A stretch of DNA of 64,000 bases from Gemmatimonadales bacterium (GTDB lineage: Bacteria > Gemmatimonadota > Gemmatimonadetes > Gemmatimonadales > GWC2-71-9), in contig DASYEH010000014.1 of the NCBI GenBank assembly GCA_036499125.1, forward strand, positions 187,398-251,397, in the 5' to 3' direction. Below the pieces are notes generated by a model. The model made no database searches. It was not told the origin of the DNA and saw only the letters and a list, made by a program, of their open reading frames with translations. The position numbers and the translations under genes are program-made. Positions 8,684-18,463 of this stretch are shown here, one piece after another; position 1 is the first letter of the stretch; every line of letters begins with the position of its first letter.

Positions 8684-11044
8684 TTGGCCGCTCTTGGCGT
8701 ACCACTGCGGCCGGGTGTTTCTTCCGGTAGCCTTCCCTGGTCGCCCAGCCTCCCGGAGCATGCGTTGCCCTCTGTCGTGCAGTCGCTGGCGACCTTCCTC
8801 TTCAAGTATCCGTCGCGTGTCTTTGCGCGCGGCGATCTGACATGGGCACCGGTGTTGCCAGTGGCGCTGATCGCGCTCGCACTCGCCGCGGCCCTGGTGC
8901 TCGTGGTGATGCGTGCCGCGGCGCTCAAGAACGTCCGCCGTCGCGATCGCGTGGTGCTCGCGGTGCTCCGCGCGCTGGTGTTCATCATCGTCGCAATGGC
9001 GCTCTGTCGGCCCAGCCTGGCACTGACTGCCGCCGTGCCCCAGCGCAATGTGCTGGCGATCATGCTCGACAACTCCCGCAGCATGAACATCCGTGATGCC
9101 GACAGCAGCACCAGGCTCGCGGCGGTGACCCGGACGTTTGCCGATTCCACGGCGCTGATACGCCGCCTCAGCGATCGCTTCACCCTGCGCTTCTTTTCGT
9201 TCAGTGGCGATGCCGCGCCGATTCATGGCGCTGTCCTCGACGGTACCGGCACCCGCACCGACCTGGCCGCCGCCATCGGCGCGGTGCGCGACAACCTGGC
9301 CGACCTGCCGGTGGCCGGTATCGTGATGGCAACCGACGGTGCCGACAACGCCACCACCGACATCGACGCGGCCGTGGCCGCTTTGCGCACCAGCGGGATT
9401 CCCCTCTATACCGTAGGGGTAGGCAGCGCCCAGTTCCGCCGCGACCTCTCGCTCGATCGTCTCGATGTACCGGCCACCACGCTCAAGGGCTCGGGAACGC
9501 TGGTGACTGCCACCATCGGCGTCCGCGGCATGAATCACGACTCGACCACGGTGGTCGTCGAAGCCGATGGACACATCGTCGACCGCGAACCGCTGCCGCT
9601 CGCCGGGAAGGGCGAGGTCGTCAACGTGCCGCTCCGATTGCCACCACTCGACGTCGGCAATCATGTGCTGCTGGTCAGCGTGCTCCCGGTTCGGGGCGAG
9701 TTGATTCCCGACAACAACCAGCGCCGAGCCTTGTTGCGGGTCCGTCCCGGTTTCGAACGGGTGCTGTACCTGGAAGGGGAGCCGCGCTTCGAGTTCTCCT
9801 TCCTGCGCCGTGCCTTTGCCGATGACAGCGCCGTGCGGCTGGTCGGGCTGCTGCGGAGCGCCAAGGGGAAGTTCCTGCGCATCAATGTGCAGGATTCACT
9901 CGACCTGCTGGGTGGCTTCCCGACTCGGCGCAGCGAGCTGTTCCGGTATCGCGCCCTGATCCTCGGCGATGTCGAGGCGACCTTCTTTACCGGCGATCAG
10001 CTGCGGATGATTGCGGATTTCGTTGATCGGCGCGGCGGCGCGTTGATCGCACTCGGCGGGCGCAGTGCGCTCGGTGACGGTGGTTACGCCGGGACCGCCT
10101 TGGCTGACGTGCTCCCCGTGACGCTGGAAAAGAGCGGGCGTGCTAGCCATGACACCGCTGCGGTGCCGCTCAAGGTGACGCCAACGGCAGAAGGGCTGCT
10201 GCATCCTGCGCTGCAACTCGCGGGCACGGCAGCCGGCAGCGCTGCGCGCTGGGATTCGTTGCCGGTCGTCACTACCGTCAACGCCCTTGGCGATGTGCGG
10301 CCCGGGGCAACGGTGCTGCTGGAGAATCGCGCCGACCATCGACCGGTGCTGATCACCCAGCGCTATGGTCGTGGCATCGCAACGGTCTTTGGGGTACAGG
10401 ACAGCTGGCTCTGGAAGATGGATCCGCGGGCACCACTCGATGATCGCTCGTACGAAAACTTCTGGCATCAGTTGGTGCGTTGGAACCTCGATCAGGTGCC
10501 CGAGCGTGTCGACGTGACTGCCGAGCCAGCGCGCGCCGTGCCGGGTGACGCGATAGTGCTGCATGCGCACGTCGTGGATTCGGAATATGTCGACGTCGAC
10601 AATGCTGCGGTGACCGCGACGGTCACGTCACCGAGTGGCAAGGAGACTGACCTGCCACTCGACTGGACGCTGCGCGAGGACGGCAGCTACGCCGGTCGCT
10701 TTGTGGCCGATGAACCGGGCACCTGGCGCTATCAGGTGATAGCCATTGCCGGAGGCGACACCAGCCGTGCGTCGGCCAGCGCCGCGCTCGCCGATGCGAC
10801 CGGCGCCGACATGGATCACGCCGAGCTGCGTCAGGGGCTGCTTGAGCGCCTGGCCAGCGTGACGCAGGGGAAGTATTACGGCATTGACGACCTCAGTCAC
10901 CTCCCCGACGACGTACAACTGACCCACAGCGGCATCACTGCGCACGAATCGCGGGATCTCTGGGACATGCCCATCGTATTGCTGGTGCTGCTCATACTCC
11001 TCGGAATCGACTGGGCCTGGCGCCGCTGGCGAGGGCTGGCATGA
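8684..11044 (+). CDS. Membrane protein with VWA domain and C-terminal class-I-glutamine-amidotransferase-like domain (Bat-type operon member)
   Basis: Two N-terminal TM helices separated by an RRRDR loop; a MIDAS-like DNSRS (VLAIMLDNSRSM); a later block YRALILGDVEA...GGALIALGG; and a C-terminal TM. The true start is probably TTG 8765 (GGAG 6 nt upstream) or GTG 8777. Confidence 0.75.
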   Translation: MAALGVPLRPGVSSGSLPWSPSLPEHALPSVVQSLATFLFKYPSRVFARGDLTWAPVLPVALIALALAAALVLVVMRAAALKNVRRRDRVVLAVLRALVFIIVAMALCRPSLALTAAVPQRNVLAIMLDNSRSMNIRDADSSTRLAAVTRTFADSTALIRRLSDRFTLRFFSFSGDAAPIHGAVLDGTGTRTDLAAAIGAVRDNLADLPVAGIVMATDGADNATTDIDAAVAALRTSGIPLYTVGVGSAQFRRDLSLDRLDVPATTLKGSGTLVTATIGVRGMNHDSTTVVVEADGHIVDREPLPLAGKGEVVNVPLRLPPLDVGNHVLLVSVLPVRGELIPDNNQRRALLRVRPGFERVLYLEGEPRFEFSFLRRAFADDSAVRLVGLLRSAKGKFLRINVQDSLDLLGGFPTRRSELFRYRALILGDVEATFFTGDQLRMIADFVDRRGGALIALGGRSALGDGGYAGTALADVLPVTLEKSGRASHDTAAVPLKVTPTAEGLLHPALQLAGTAAGSAARWDSLPVVTTVNALGDVRPGATVLLENRADHRPVLITQRYGRGIATVFGVQDSWLWKMDPRAPLDDRSYENFWHQLVRWNLDQVPERVDVTAEPARAVPGDAIVLHAHVVDSEYVDVDNAAVTATVTSPSGKETDLPLDWTLREDGSYAGRFVADEPGTWRYQVIAIAGGDTSRASASAALADATGADMDHAELRQGLLERLASVTQGKYYGIDDLSHLPDDVQLTHSGITAHESRDLWDMPIVLLVLLILLGIDWAWRRWRGLA

Positions 11045-11979
11045 AGCGGTTTGCCCTGCTCGCCCTGTCGGTGAGCGTGACGACACCGCTCGTGGCACAG
11101 GCCGGCGGTGCGACGCGAGTGCTCATTGTGAGTGGCCTGTCGGGCGACCCTAGCTTTGCACGCACATTCAATACGGCGGCGGGCGCGGTCTATCAGGCCG
11201 CGCACGATCGCTGGCATGTCGCCGATTCTGACCTGGTCTACCTGAATGAAGACCCGACGACTGCTGCGCATTCGACGGGAAAATCGACCCGGGAGAATGT
11301 CGCGGCGGCCTTTACGCAACTGGCGGCGCGCGAGCACGCGGGCGATGTCGTGCTTGTCCTGCTCATCGGTCATGGTGCCGGCGAAGGCGCGGCCTCCGCG
11401 CTCAACCTTCCGGGGCCCGACCCGACCGCCGGTGACTATGCGACGTGGGTGGCGCGTCTCGCGCCGGCGACCGTGGTCTTTGTCGACGCGTCGAGTGCCA
11501 GCGGGGATTTCGTTCCCGTCCTTGCGGGGCCGAACCGGATCGTGATCACCGCCACGAAAACGGCGTTCGAGCGGAACGCCGTGGAGTTCGCCGGGTTTTT
11601 TGCCAACGGGCTCGCCAGTGGCGACGCCGATGCCGACAAGGATGGCGTGGTCACCGTCGCGGAGGCATTCCACTACGCCGTCAGCCGAGTCGCACAGTCG
11701 TACGACGCGACCAAGCGGATGCTGACCGAACATGCGGTGATTGCCGACAGCAGCCACCTGGCCTCGGCGACCGGATTCGGTGGCCGGGCATCGAGCGCCG
11801 ACCCTCGCGTGACCGCGTTGCTCGGCCAGCGGCGCGCGATCCAGTTGCAGGTGGATTCGTTGCATCGGCTCAAGCCAACGATGGATTCCACGGCGTACCA
11901 GTCCGCCCTGGAGACCTTGTTGCTGCAGCTCGCCGAGCGCACACGCGCGCTGCAGGCACTCCAAGGCGCCAAGCCGTGA
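11041..11979 (+). CDS. Secreted legumain/caspase-fold (clan CD, C13-like) protein with Ser in place of the catalytic Cys
   Basis: ATGA overlap with the upstream gene and a signal peptide. VVLVLLIGHGAGEG provides the His-Gly dyad (CAT at 11371). VVFVDASSASGDF (11485-11505) occupies the position where C13 enzymes have E-A-C-x-S-G. Confidence 0.6.
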   Translation: MKRFALLALSVSVTTPLVAQAGGATRVLIVSGLSGDPSFARTFNTAAGAVYQAAHDRWHVADSDLVYLNEDPTTAAHSTGKSTRENVAAAFTQLAAREHAGDVVLVLLIGHGAGEGAASALNLPGPDPTAGDYATWVARLAPATVVFVDASSASGDFVPVLAGPNRIVITATKTAFERNAVEFAGFFANGLASGDADADKDGVVTVAEAFHYAVSRVAQSYDATKRMLTEHAVIADSSHLASATGFGGRASSADPRVTALLGQRRAIQLQVDSLHRLKPTMDSTAYQSALETLLLQLAERTRALQALQGAKP

Positions 11980-11993
11980 AAAACTGGTGTGCG

Positions 11994-14441
11994 ATGCTCA
12001 TGATGGCGACCTGCGCTGCCCCGTTGGCGGCGCAGACGGCTGTGACGCCCCCGGTGGTTCGCACGCTCGCGCTGCATGGTCGTCGCGACGTTGCGATGCA
12101 ACTGGCGCAGCGTGGTGGCGCGCCGCTTGAGGTGACCGTTGCCGACCTGCTGGTGGCGCGGGGTGACCTGGTGCGCGCCGACTCACTCTACCGGGATGCC
12201 ATAGCGCGGCAATTGCCGGGTTACCGAACGGCGCTGGCTGGCCTCGCCGAGCTGGCAGCGCGACAAGGGAATACTGCCGACGCGGTGCGATACGCCGCCC
12301 GTGCGATCGCAGGGTATCAGGCAGGCGGCGCCTGGTCGGGTGACGATCTCGTCGCGATCGGGCGCGCCGACGCGGTGCTCGGCGCTGGGGATCCACAGGC
12401 CTTTCACGACGCGCTGCGGGCCTTCGACCGGGCAACCGCTGCCGACAGCAGCAACCTCGATGCTCAGGTGCGGGCGGCGGACCTGTTGCTCGACAAGTAC
12501 AATGCCCCCGACGCGCGAGCGGGATATACGGCTGTCCTGCGGCGCGCCGCCGATGATCCGCGCGCCTTGTACGGATTGGCCCGCGCTGCGGCATTCGACA
12601 ACAACGCCGATCCGGTGGTCGATGCACGACGTGCACTGGCCGCCGACGCCGAGTTCGTACCGGCCTGGCTGTTGCTCGCCGAGCAGGAATTGCAGGCCGA
12701 GGCGATGGATTCAGCAACGACTGCGGCAAGGCATGCGCTGGCACTGGATTCGAGTGCGGTGACGGGGTGGGGGATCCTCGGCGCCATTGCGTGGATGCGC
12801 GGGGATTCCACCAGTTTCAATGCGACGCTGGCCGCCGCACGAAAGCTGCAACCGCGGCCCGCGGATTTCTACTCGGAAGTCGCTGAAGCGGCCGGACGTC
12901 AGCGACGGTATGCTGACGCCGTCGTGATGGCGCGGCGGGCCGTCGAGGCAGATTCAACGTCGGCACGAGCGTACGGCGTGCTGGGCGAAAATCTGCTGCG
13001 TACCGGTGACATGGTGGGCGGTCGAGCGGGCGTCGAGCGGGCATTCGCGATTGATCCGTACAATCTCTGGCACAAGAACATGCTGGACCTGCTCGACAAT
13101 CTGCGGAGCTTTCGCACCACGACCACGGCGCGGTTCCAGATCATCGCACCGGCTGACGAATCGGAATACCTCACGCTCTACGTCGGTCCGCTGCTGGAAG
13201 CGGCCTATGACAGCTTCGCAACAAAATACGGTTACCACCCGCCGACCCCGATTCGGGTGGAATACTATGGCCGCCATGCGGACTTTTCGGTACGCACGGT
13301 CGGGCTTACCGGACTGGGTGCGCTGGGTGTCAGCTTCGGCACGGTGCTGGTGCTCGACTCGCCGCGAGCGCAGGATATCGGCGAACTGAACTACGGATCG
13401 ACCACCTGGCACGAACTGGCGCATACGTTCACGCTGGGACTCTCTGATCATCGCGTGCCGCGATGGATGTCGGAAGGGTTGTCGGTGCTCGAAGAGCGGC
13501 AGGCGGGGAAGGGGTGGGGCTTCCAGGCGTCGCCTGATTTTCTCGCGGCCTACAAAGGTGGTGTCCTTCCGACGGCGAGCCGACTCAATGAAGGGCTGGT
13601 GCAATCGCACTTTCCCAATGAGATCGGCCTGAGCTATTACGAAGCATCGCTGGTGATGGAGATGATCGAGTCGCAGCACGGCATGGCGGCCGTGCGTGAC
13701 CTGCTGCAGGCCTACGCCCGCGGCCTCGACACGCCGGCCGCACTGCAGGCGGTTCTGCAGATTTCGCCGGCCGAGTTGGACAACCAGTTTGACGGCTGGA
13801 TCCGGGCGCGGTTCGCGGCGCCACTTGCCGCGATCGATTCATCAGACGGCCGCCGGCCACCGACCGGCCGGTTTATCGACATGATGGCGCACGCGATTGC
13901 GCTCGACAGCGCTGGCCAGCGCGACTCTGCGGCGACGCTGTATCGTGGGGCGGAATCGCTCTTTCCAGATGACGGGTCAGAAGACGGTGCGGCCTGGCAT
14001 CTGGCCGAGCAGGCACGGGCTGCCGGGGACTTGCAGGCGGCCGCCGCCGACCTCCACCGCATCACGATGCACAGCGAAACGGCGCACGAGGCCAACGCAG
14101 CGGAAGCTGCGGTTCGGCTCCAGATTGGAGACTCCGCCGGTGCATTGCAGGCGCTGGAGCGCGATCAATGGATTGATCCTTACCAACCCGGATTGCATCT
14201 GAAGACCGCTGAGCTGGCGGAAGCATTGCACAAGTATCCGATTGCGGTGCGGGAACGGCGGGCGATCGTGGCCAATGTCCCCTCCGACCCCGCTGAGGCA
14301 CGCTATCAACTCGCCCGCACACTGAAAGTGGCCGGCGATATTGCCGGTGCACGCCGCGAGCTGCTCGCGCTGCTGGAGCAGGCGCCGGGATTCGAGCGCG
14401 CGCAGCTGCTGTTGCTGGACTTACAGGATGGGCACCCATGA
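11994..14441 (+). CDS. Secreted TPR-repeat protein with MA-clan zinc-metallopeptidase-like module (HELAH-x16-E)
   Basis: ATG 11994 (or GTG 11976, a GTGA overlap) within ORF 11445..14441. Signal peptide MLMMATCAAPLAAQ and many TPR-like helices. HELAH at 13410-13424 and the Glu of WMSEG at 13473. Confidence 0.7.
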   Translation: MLMMATCAAPLAAQTAVTPPVVRTLALHGRRDVAMQLAQRGGAPLEVTVADLLVARGDLVRADSLYRDAIARQLPGYRTALAGLAELAARQGNTADAVRYAARAIAGYQAGGAWSGDDLVAIGRADAVLGAGDPQAFHDALRAFDRATAADSSNLDAQVRAADLLLDKYNAPDARAGYTAVLRRAADDPRALYGLARAAAFDNNADPVVDARRALAADAEFVPAWLLLAEQELQAEAMDSATTAARHALALDSSAVTGWGILGAIAWMRGDSTSFNATLAAARKLQPRPADFYSEVAEAAGRQRRYADAVVMARRAVEADSTSARAYGVLGENLLRTGDMVGGRAGVERAFAIDPYNLWHKNMLDLLDNLRSFRTTTTARFQIIAPADESEYLTLYVGPLLEAAYDSFATKYGYHPPTPIRVEYYGRHADFSVRTVGLTGLGALGVSFGTVLVLDSPRAQDIGELNYGSTTWHELAHTFTLGLSDHRVPRWMSEGLSVLEERQAGKGWGFQASPDFLAAYKGGVLPTASRLNEGLVQSHFPNEIGLSYYEASLVMEMIESQHGMAAVRDLLQAYARGLDTPAALQAVLQISPAELDNQFDGWIRARFAAPLAAIDSSDGRRPPTGRFIDMMAHAIALDSAGQRDSAATLYRGAESLFPDDGSEDGAAWHLAEQARAAGDLQAAAADLHRITMHSETAHEANAAEAAVRLQIGDSAGALQALERDQWIDPYQPGLHLKTAELAEALHKYPIAVRERRAIVANVPSDPAEARYQLARTLKVAGDIAGARRELLALLEQAPGFERAQLLLLDLQDGHP

Positions 14442-14457
14442 ATCGAAAGGATGTCGC

Positions 14458-15489
14458 GTGACGCTGACCTCAGCACCTTCCTCGCTCGACCAGCTCGACG
14501 ATGTGCAGCTTGCCGATCGCCTGCACGAAGCCGCGGGCCGCATCGGCATCGAGTTGCGCAAGGTGATCATCGGGCAGGAGAAGGTCATCGAACAAGCGCT
14601 GATCGCCCTGTTCGCCGGCGGTAACTGCCTGGTGGTCGGCGTACCCGGCCTGGCCAAGACGCTGCTGATCAACTCACTTGCGCGGGCGCTGGATCTGTCG
14701 TTCTCCCGGATCCAGTTCACGCCCGACCTGATGCCGTCGGACGTGACCGGTACGGACATGATCCAGGATGACCCGGTCACCGGTCACCGCCGGTTGTCGT
14801 TCCTGGCCGGGCCGATCTTCGCGAACGTCGTGCTCGCCGACGAAATCAACCGCACTCCGCCCAAGACGCAGGCTGCGCTGCTCGAGGCGATGCAGGAGAA
14901 GCGGGTGACCGTGCAGGGCAAGACGTATGCGCTGGAGCTGCCGTTCTTTGTCTTTGCGACCCAGAATCCGATCGAGCTGGAAGGCACCTACCCGTTGCCC
15001 GAAGCGCAGCTGGATCGATTCATGTTCGAAGTCGTCATGGAATATTCCCCCGAAGAAGATGAAGTGGCGGTCGTGCGCGCGACGACAACCGTGGCAGCAG
15101 ACGCGATCGTTCCGGTGGTCAGTCGCGCTGAGATCCTGGCGTATCAGCAGCTGGTGCGGCGAGTGCCCGTCGCCGATCCGGTGGTGCGGTATGCCGTCAA
15201 GCTGGTGCGCGCGAGCCGGCCAGACGACGGCGCACCCGAGTTCATTCGGCAATGGCTGGCGTATGGTGCCAGCGTGCGTGCGGCACAGGCGCTGATCCTG
15301 GGCAGCAAGGCGCGCGCGCTGTTGCAGGGAAGGTCTCACGTGAGCTTCGATGACGTGGAGGCCCTGGCTCGGCCGGTGTTGCGGCATCGCCTGTTGCGGA
15401 ATTTCCAGGCACAATCCGAGCGCGTGACGACCGATCATCTCGTTGACCGCCTGATCGCTGCCGTGCCGCGGCCCAAGTCCGGGCTCTGA
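14458..15489 (+). CDS. MoxR-family AAA+ ATPase
   Basis: LVVGVPGLAKT (Walker A), VVLADEINR (Walker B), TPPKTQAALLEAMQE, and FATQNPIELEGTYPLPEAQLDRF. Start is GTG 14458 (AAAGGA upstream) or ATG 14428. Confidence 0.9.
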   Translation: MTLTSAPSSLDQLDDVQLADRLHEAAGRIGIELRKVIIGQEKVIEQALIALFAGGNCLVVGVPGLAKTLLINSLARALDLSFSRIQFTPDLMPSDVTGTDMIQDDPVTGHRRLSFLAGPIFANVVLADEINRTPPKTQAALLEAMQEKRVTVQGKTYALELPFFVFATQNPIELEGTYPLPEAQLDRFMFEVVMEYSPEEDEVAVVRATTTVAADAIVPVVSRAEILAYQQLVRRVPVADPVVRYAVKLVRASRPDDGAPEFIRQWLAYGASVRAAQALILGSKARALLQGRSHVSFDDVEALARPVLRHRLLRNFQAQSERVTTDHLVDRLIAAVPRPKSGL

Positions 15490-15494
15490 TCGGC

Positions 15495-16397
15495 ATGGCT
15501 CGCACCGCGCCGCAGAACTTCATCGATCCGCGCATTCTCGGGCAGATCGGTGACTTGTCGTTGCTGGCGCGCAGCGTGGTCGATGGATTCCTGCATGGAT
15601 TGCATCGTTCGCGGCGGACGGGGACCTCAATGGATTTCGCTGAGCATCGTGCCTATCAGCCGGGCGACGACCTGCGGCGCGTTGACTGGCGCGTGTACGG
15701 GCGCACCGATCGCTTCTATCTCAAGACGTACGAAGCGGACACCAACGCCGATGTGATGATTGCGCTCGATGCTTCCGCGTCAATGGAGTTCGGGAGCGGC
15801 GCAGTAACCAAGTTCGATTACGCGCGCTTTGTGGCGGCGTCACTGGCCTGGCTGGCGCAGCGTCAGGGCGATCGTGTTGGCCTGGTGACGCTGGCCGGCG
15901 ACGTGCTCGACGTCGTGCCACCGTCGTCGCGGCACCTCGACCTGGTACTGCACACCTTGGGGCGCGTGGCGGCGAAAGGGCCCGGGCAGATTCCGGCGAC
16001 GCTCGACCGTGTCAGCCGCTTGCGCGGTCGGTCGGGGATGACGGTGCTGGTGTCGGATTGCTATGAAGAGCCCGCCGTGCTGCGGCGCGCGCTCGGCGCG
16101 TTGCGGTCGCGGGGCAACGATGTGCTCGTCTTCCATATCATCGATGCCGCGGAACGTGACCTGCCGTGGAGCGCACCTGGCAATTTCGAGGACGCGGAGA
16201 GCGGCGACCGGATGCCGCTGCGCCCCGATGACCTGCGGCAAGAGTATCAGGAGTTGTTCGGCGCCCATCGCGAAGAGCTCGCCCGCGAGTTCGGTCGCGA
16301 AGGGATCGAGTACACGGTGCTGGAGACGGATCAGCCACTCGACCGTGCGCTGCGGACCTTTCTTGACCTGCGGTTGATGGGTAGCAAGGCGCGCTGA
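15495..16397 (+). CDS. DUF58 protein (MoxR-associated, VWA-like)
   Basis: DFAEHRAYQPGDDLRRVDWRVYGRTDRFYLKTYEADTN is the DUF58 hallmark. The gene lies immediately downstream of MoxR, the canonical arrangement. Confidence 0.9.
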   Translation: MARTAPQNFIDPRILGQIGDLSLLARSVVDGFLHGLHRSRRTGTSMDFAEHRAYQPGDDLRRVDWRVYGRTDRFYLKTYEADTNADVMIALDASASMEFGSGAVTKFDYARFVAASLAWLAQRQGDRVGLVTLAGDVLDVVPPSSRHLDLVLHTLGRVAAKGPGQIPATLDRVSRLRGRSGMTVLVSDCYEEPAVLRRALGALRSRGNDVLVFHIIDAAERDLPWSAPGNFEDAESGDRMPLRPDDLRQEYQELFGAHREELAREFGREGIEYTVLETDQPLDRALRTFLDLRLMGSKAR

Positions 16398-18463
16398 TGC
16401 CGCTGACCTTCCTCGGACCTGCGCTGTTGGCCGGACTTGCGGCCCTCGGCGTGCCGTTGGTGCTACACCTTCGGCGTCGTGAGCGCGAGCGGCCGATGCG
16501 CTTTCCGTCATTGATGTTCCTGCAGCGTATCAAGACGAGCACCGCGCGTCGCCGCCGCATCACCGACCTGCCGTTGCTGTTGCTGCGGGCCCTGATCGTG
16601 GCGCTGGCCGTACTCGCCTTTGCGCGCCCGGTCTGGCGCGAGCGGGCCGCGGCTGTGGCGCCCCGGTCGGCGCGACGGATCGTGCTGCTGATCGATCATT
16701 CATTGAGCATGGGACATCTCGCGGTGTGGCCTGCCGCGCGCGATTCCGCCCGGGCTGTCGTTGCCGCACTGGCGCCGGATGATCGCATCGCCGTGATCGC
16801 GTTCGACGACGACGCGGTGGTCGAGCAGGGTTGGACCAGCGATCGTGCCGCTGCGCGGGCCGCCGTCGACCGGATCGCACCCGACAGCCGAGCGACGCGC
16901 TTCAGCGCCGGACTGCGGGCGGCGCGGGACCTGCTTGAACGAGAGGCCGACCGGCGTGGTGGTGAGGTGATTCTCGTCAGCGACCTCCAGCGCACCGGCG
17001 CGACCGGCGCGACGGGGTTGACACTACCGCCCGGCGTGACGTTGCGGGTGATTGCGGCGTCGCACGGCAGCCATGCCAACGGCAGTGTGAGCGGCATCAC
17101 CGTGCAGCGCGACTCGGCGACGGAAAACCGGCGTGCGCGGCTCGTCGTGTCGGCCACCATTGCCAGCCGCAACCTCGTGGCGCCACGCGCCACGCATGCA
17201 ACGCTTCTCGTGGGGGGCCGCCCCGTTGGATCGCGAGCTGTGACGTTGCCGACGACCGGCACGACGACGGTCGCCTTTGACGCGGTCGCGTTGCCGCTGG
17301 CCGGTGCGCGGGTGGTGGTGTCGATTGATCATGATTCGTTGACGGCCGACGATTCGCGTCAGGCCATGGTGCCACCGCAACTCGTCCGTCGAGTGATCCT
17401 GGTGAGCCCGGCCGATGCCACCCTCGATGAGACCCTTTATCTGGAACGCGCTGTTGCGGCAGGAAGCGATCCAGCGATGCGGGTGGAGCGGCGCAACGCG
17501 GCATCGCTCGACGCTGGAGCATTGCAGGGAACTCTGGCTGTCATCCTGGATGATGTGCCGGTGCCCGGCGGCGCGGCTGGCACGGCGCTCACAGCCTGGG
17601 TTCACGATGGCGGCGGATTGCTTGTGATCGCCGGCACCCGAACCGCAGGCCGGGGGGAAAATGTGCCGCTTCTGCCTGCCACCGTACATGGAGTCGTGGA
17701 TCGGACCAGTTCTGGTGGCGGGATGCTCGGCGCCGTTGCCTTGGAGCATCCAGTCTTCGCACCGTTCCGGGGTGCCGCGAGTTCCCCGCTGGGACAGGCG
17801 CACTTCTACCGGTACGCGCGGGCAACGCCAGTCGCAGGAGCGGAGGTGGTGGCGCGCTTTGACGATGGCCTCCCCGCGTTGCTCGAACGCGCGGAGGGAA
17901 CCGGGCACGTCATGCTGACAACTGTGCCGCTTGATGCCACGTCAGGGGACTTTGTCTTTCAGCCGACGTATCCCGCGTATGTCCGATCGATCCTCCTCCA
18001 TCTCGCCGGGGCCGCCAATCCTCCGCTGGCGCGAACGGTTGGCGAGGCCTGGGCTGTGCCGCCGGGCCTGCATGATCCGGTGATTCGTACTCCGGCCGGT
18101 GAGGTCGTACGCCCCGAGGGGGCCGGCGCCGTCATGCAGCTCGATGAAGCCGGATTCTATGCAGCGTACGATGGCAAGCCGTCCGGTGATCCAGCCGCCG
18201 TGATCGCGACCAATCCTGCCAGCGCGGAATCCGACCTCGCCACGATGCCGGCGGTCGACCTGGTGGTAGGAGTCGGCAACGATTCGTTACCGGCTGCATC
18301 GGCGACCGCCGCCGCGCTGCTTGAAACGGAACGGCACCAGATGTTGTGGCGTACATTACTGGTCCTGGCGGGGCTGGCCCTGGTCAGCGAGAGCTGGCTT
18401 GCAAGTCGAGGGTGGCGCGGCGCGGCGGTGCGAGTGGCCGGGAGTGAAGGGGGATCCGCATGA
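16397..18463 (+). CDS. BatA-like protein: aerotolerance-regulator N-terminal domain plus VWA domain
   Basis: TGATG overlap. N-terminus LGPALLAGLAALGVPLVLHLRRRERERPMRFPSLMFL is BatA_N-like. MIDAS-like DHSLS in IVLLIDHSLSMG. C-terminal TM helix. Confidence 0.8.
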   Translation: MPLTFLGPALLAGLAALGVPLVLHLRRRERERPMRFPSLMFLQRIKTSTARRRRITDLPLLLLRALIVALAVLAFARPVWRERAAAVAPRSARRIVLLIDHSLSMGHLAVWPAARDSARAVVAALAPDDRIAVIAFDDDAVVEQGWTSDRAAARAAVDRIAPDSRATRFSAGLRAARDLLEREADRRGGEVILVSDLQRTGATGATGLTLPPGVTLRVIAASHGSHANGSVSGITVQRDSATENRRARLVVSATIASRNLVAPRATHATLLVGGRPVGSRAVTLPTTGTTTVAFDAVALPLAGARVVVSIDHDSLTADDSRQAMVPPQLVRRVILVSPADATLDETLYLERAVAAGSDPAMRVERRNAASLDAGALQGTLAVILDDVPVPGGAAGTALTAWVHDGGGLLVIAGTRTAGRGENVPLLPATVHGVVDRTSSGGGMLGAVALEHPVFAPFRGAASSPLGQAHFYRYARATPVAGAEVVARFDDGLPALLERAEGTGHVMLTTVPLDATSGDFVFQPTYPAYVRSILLHLAGAANPPLARTVGEAWAVPPGLHDPVIRTPAGEVVRPEGAGAVMQLDEAGFYAAYDGKPSGDPAAVIATNPASAESDLATMPAVDLVVGVGNDSLPAASATAAALLETERHQMLWRTLLVLAGLALVSESWLASRGWRGAAVRVAGSEGGSA

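Noticed and set aside
8102-9664. Long minus-strand ORFs opposite confirmed + strand genes. Examples: 4183..5316, 8102..9664, 14674..15438, 19435..20856, 32153..33433, 37823..39421, 39674..41389, 43999..45600, 52467..54029, 60891..61901, 62639..63805.
   Set aside because: Their translations are Arg/Pro/Gly/His-rich with no recognisable motifs. Each lies antisense to a gene with unambiguous family signatures (eno, VWA, MoxR, ftsH, ileS, cheA, murE/murF). These are typical shadow ORFs of high-GC DNA.
11445-11993. Upstream extensions of several ORF-track entries: 11445..14441, 14341.., 30012.., 31360.., 35019.., 43894.., 47282.., 53870.., 61053...
   Set aside because: The extended N-termini overlap the 3' ends of well-supported upstream genes in another frame and are Arg/Pro-rich junk. 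Internal ATG/GTG codons at or next to the upstream stop give N-termini that match the family (signal peptides, Walker motifs and so on).
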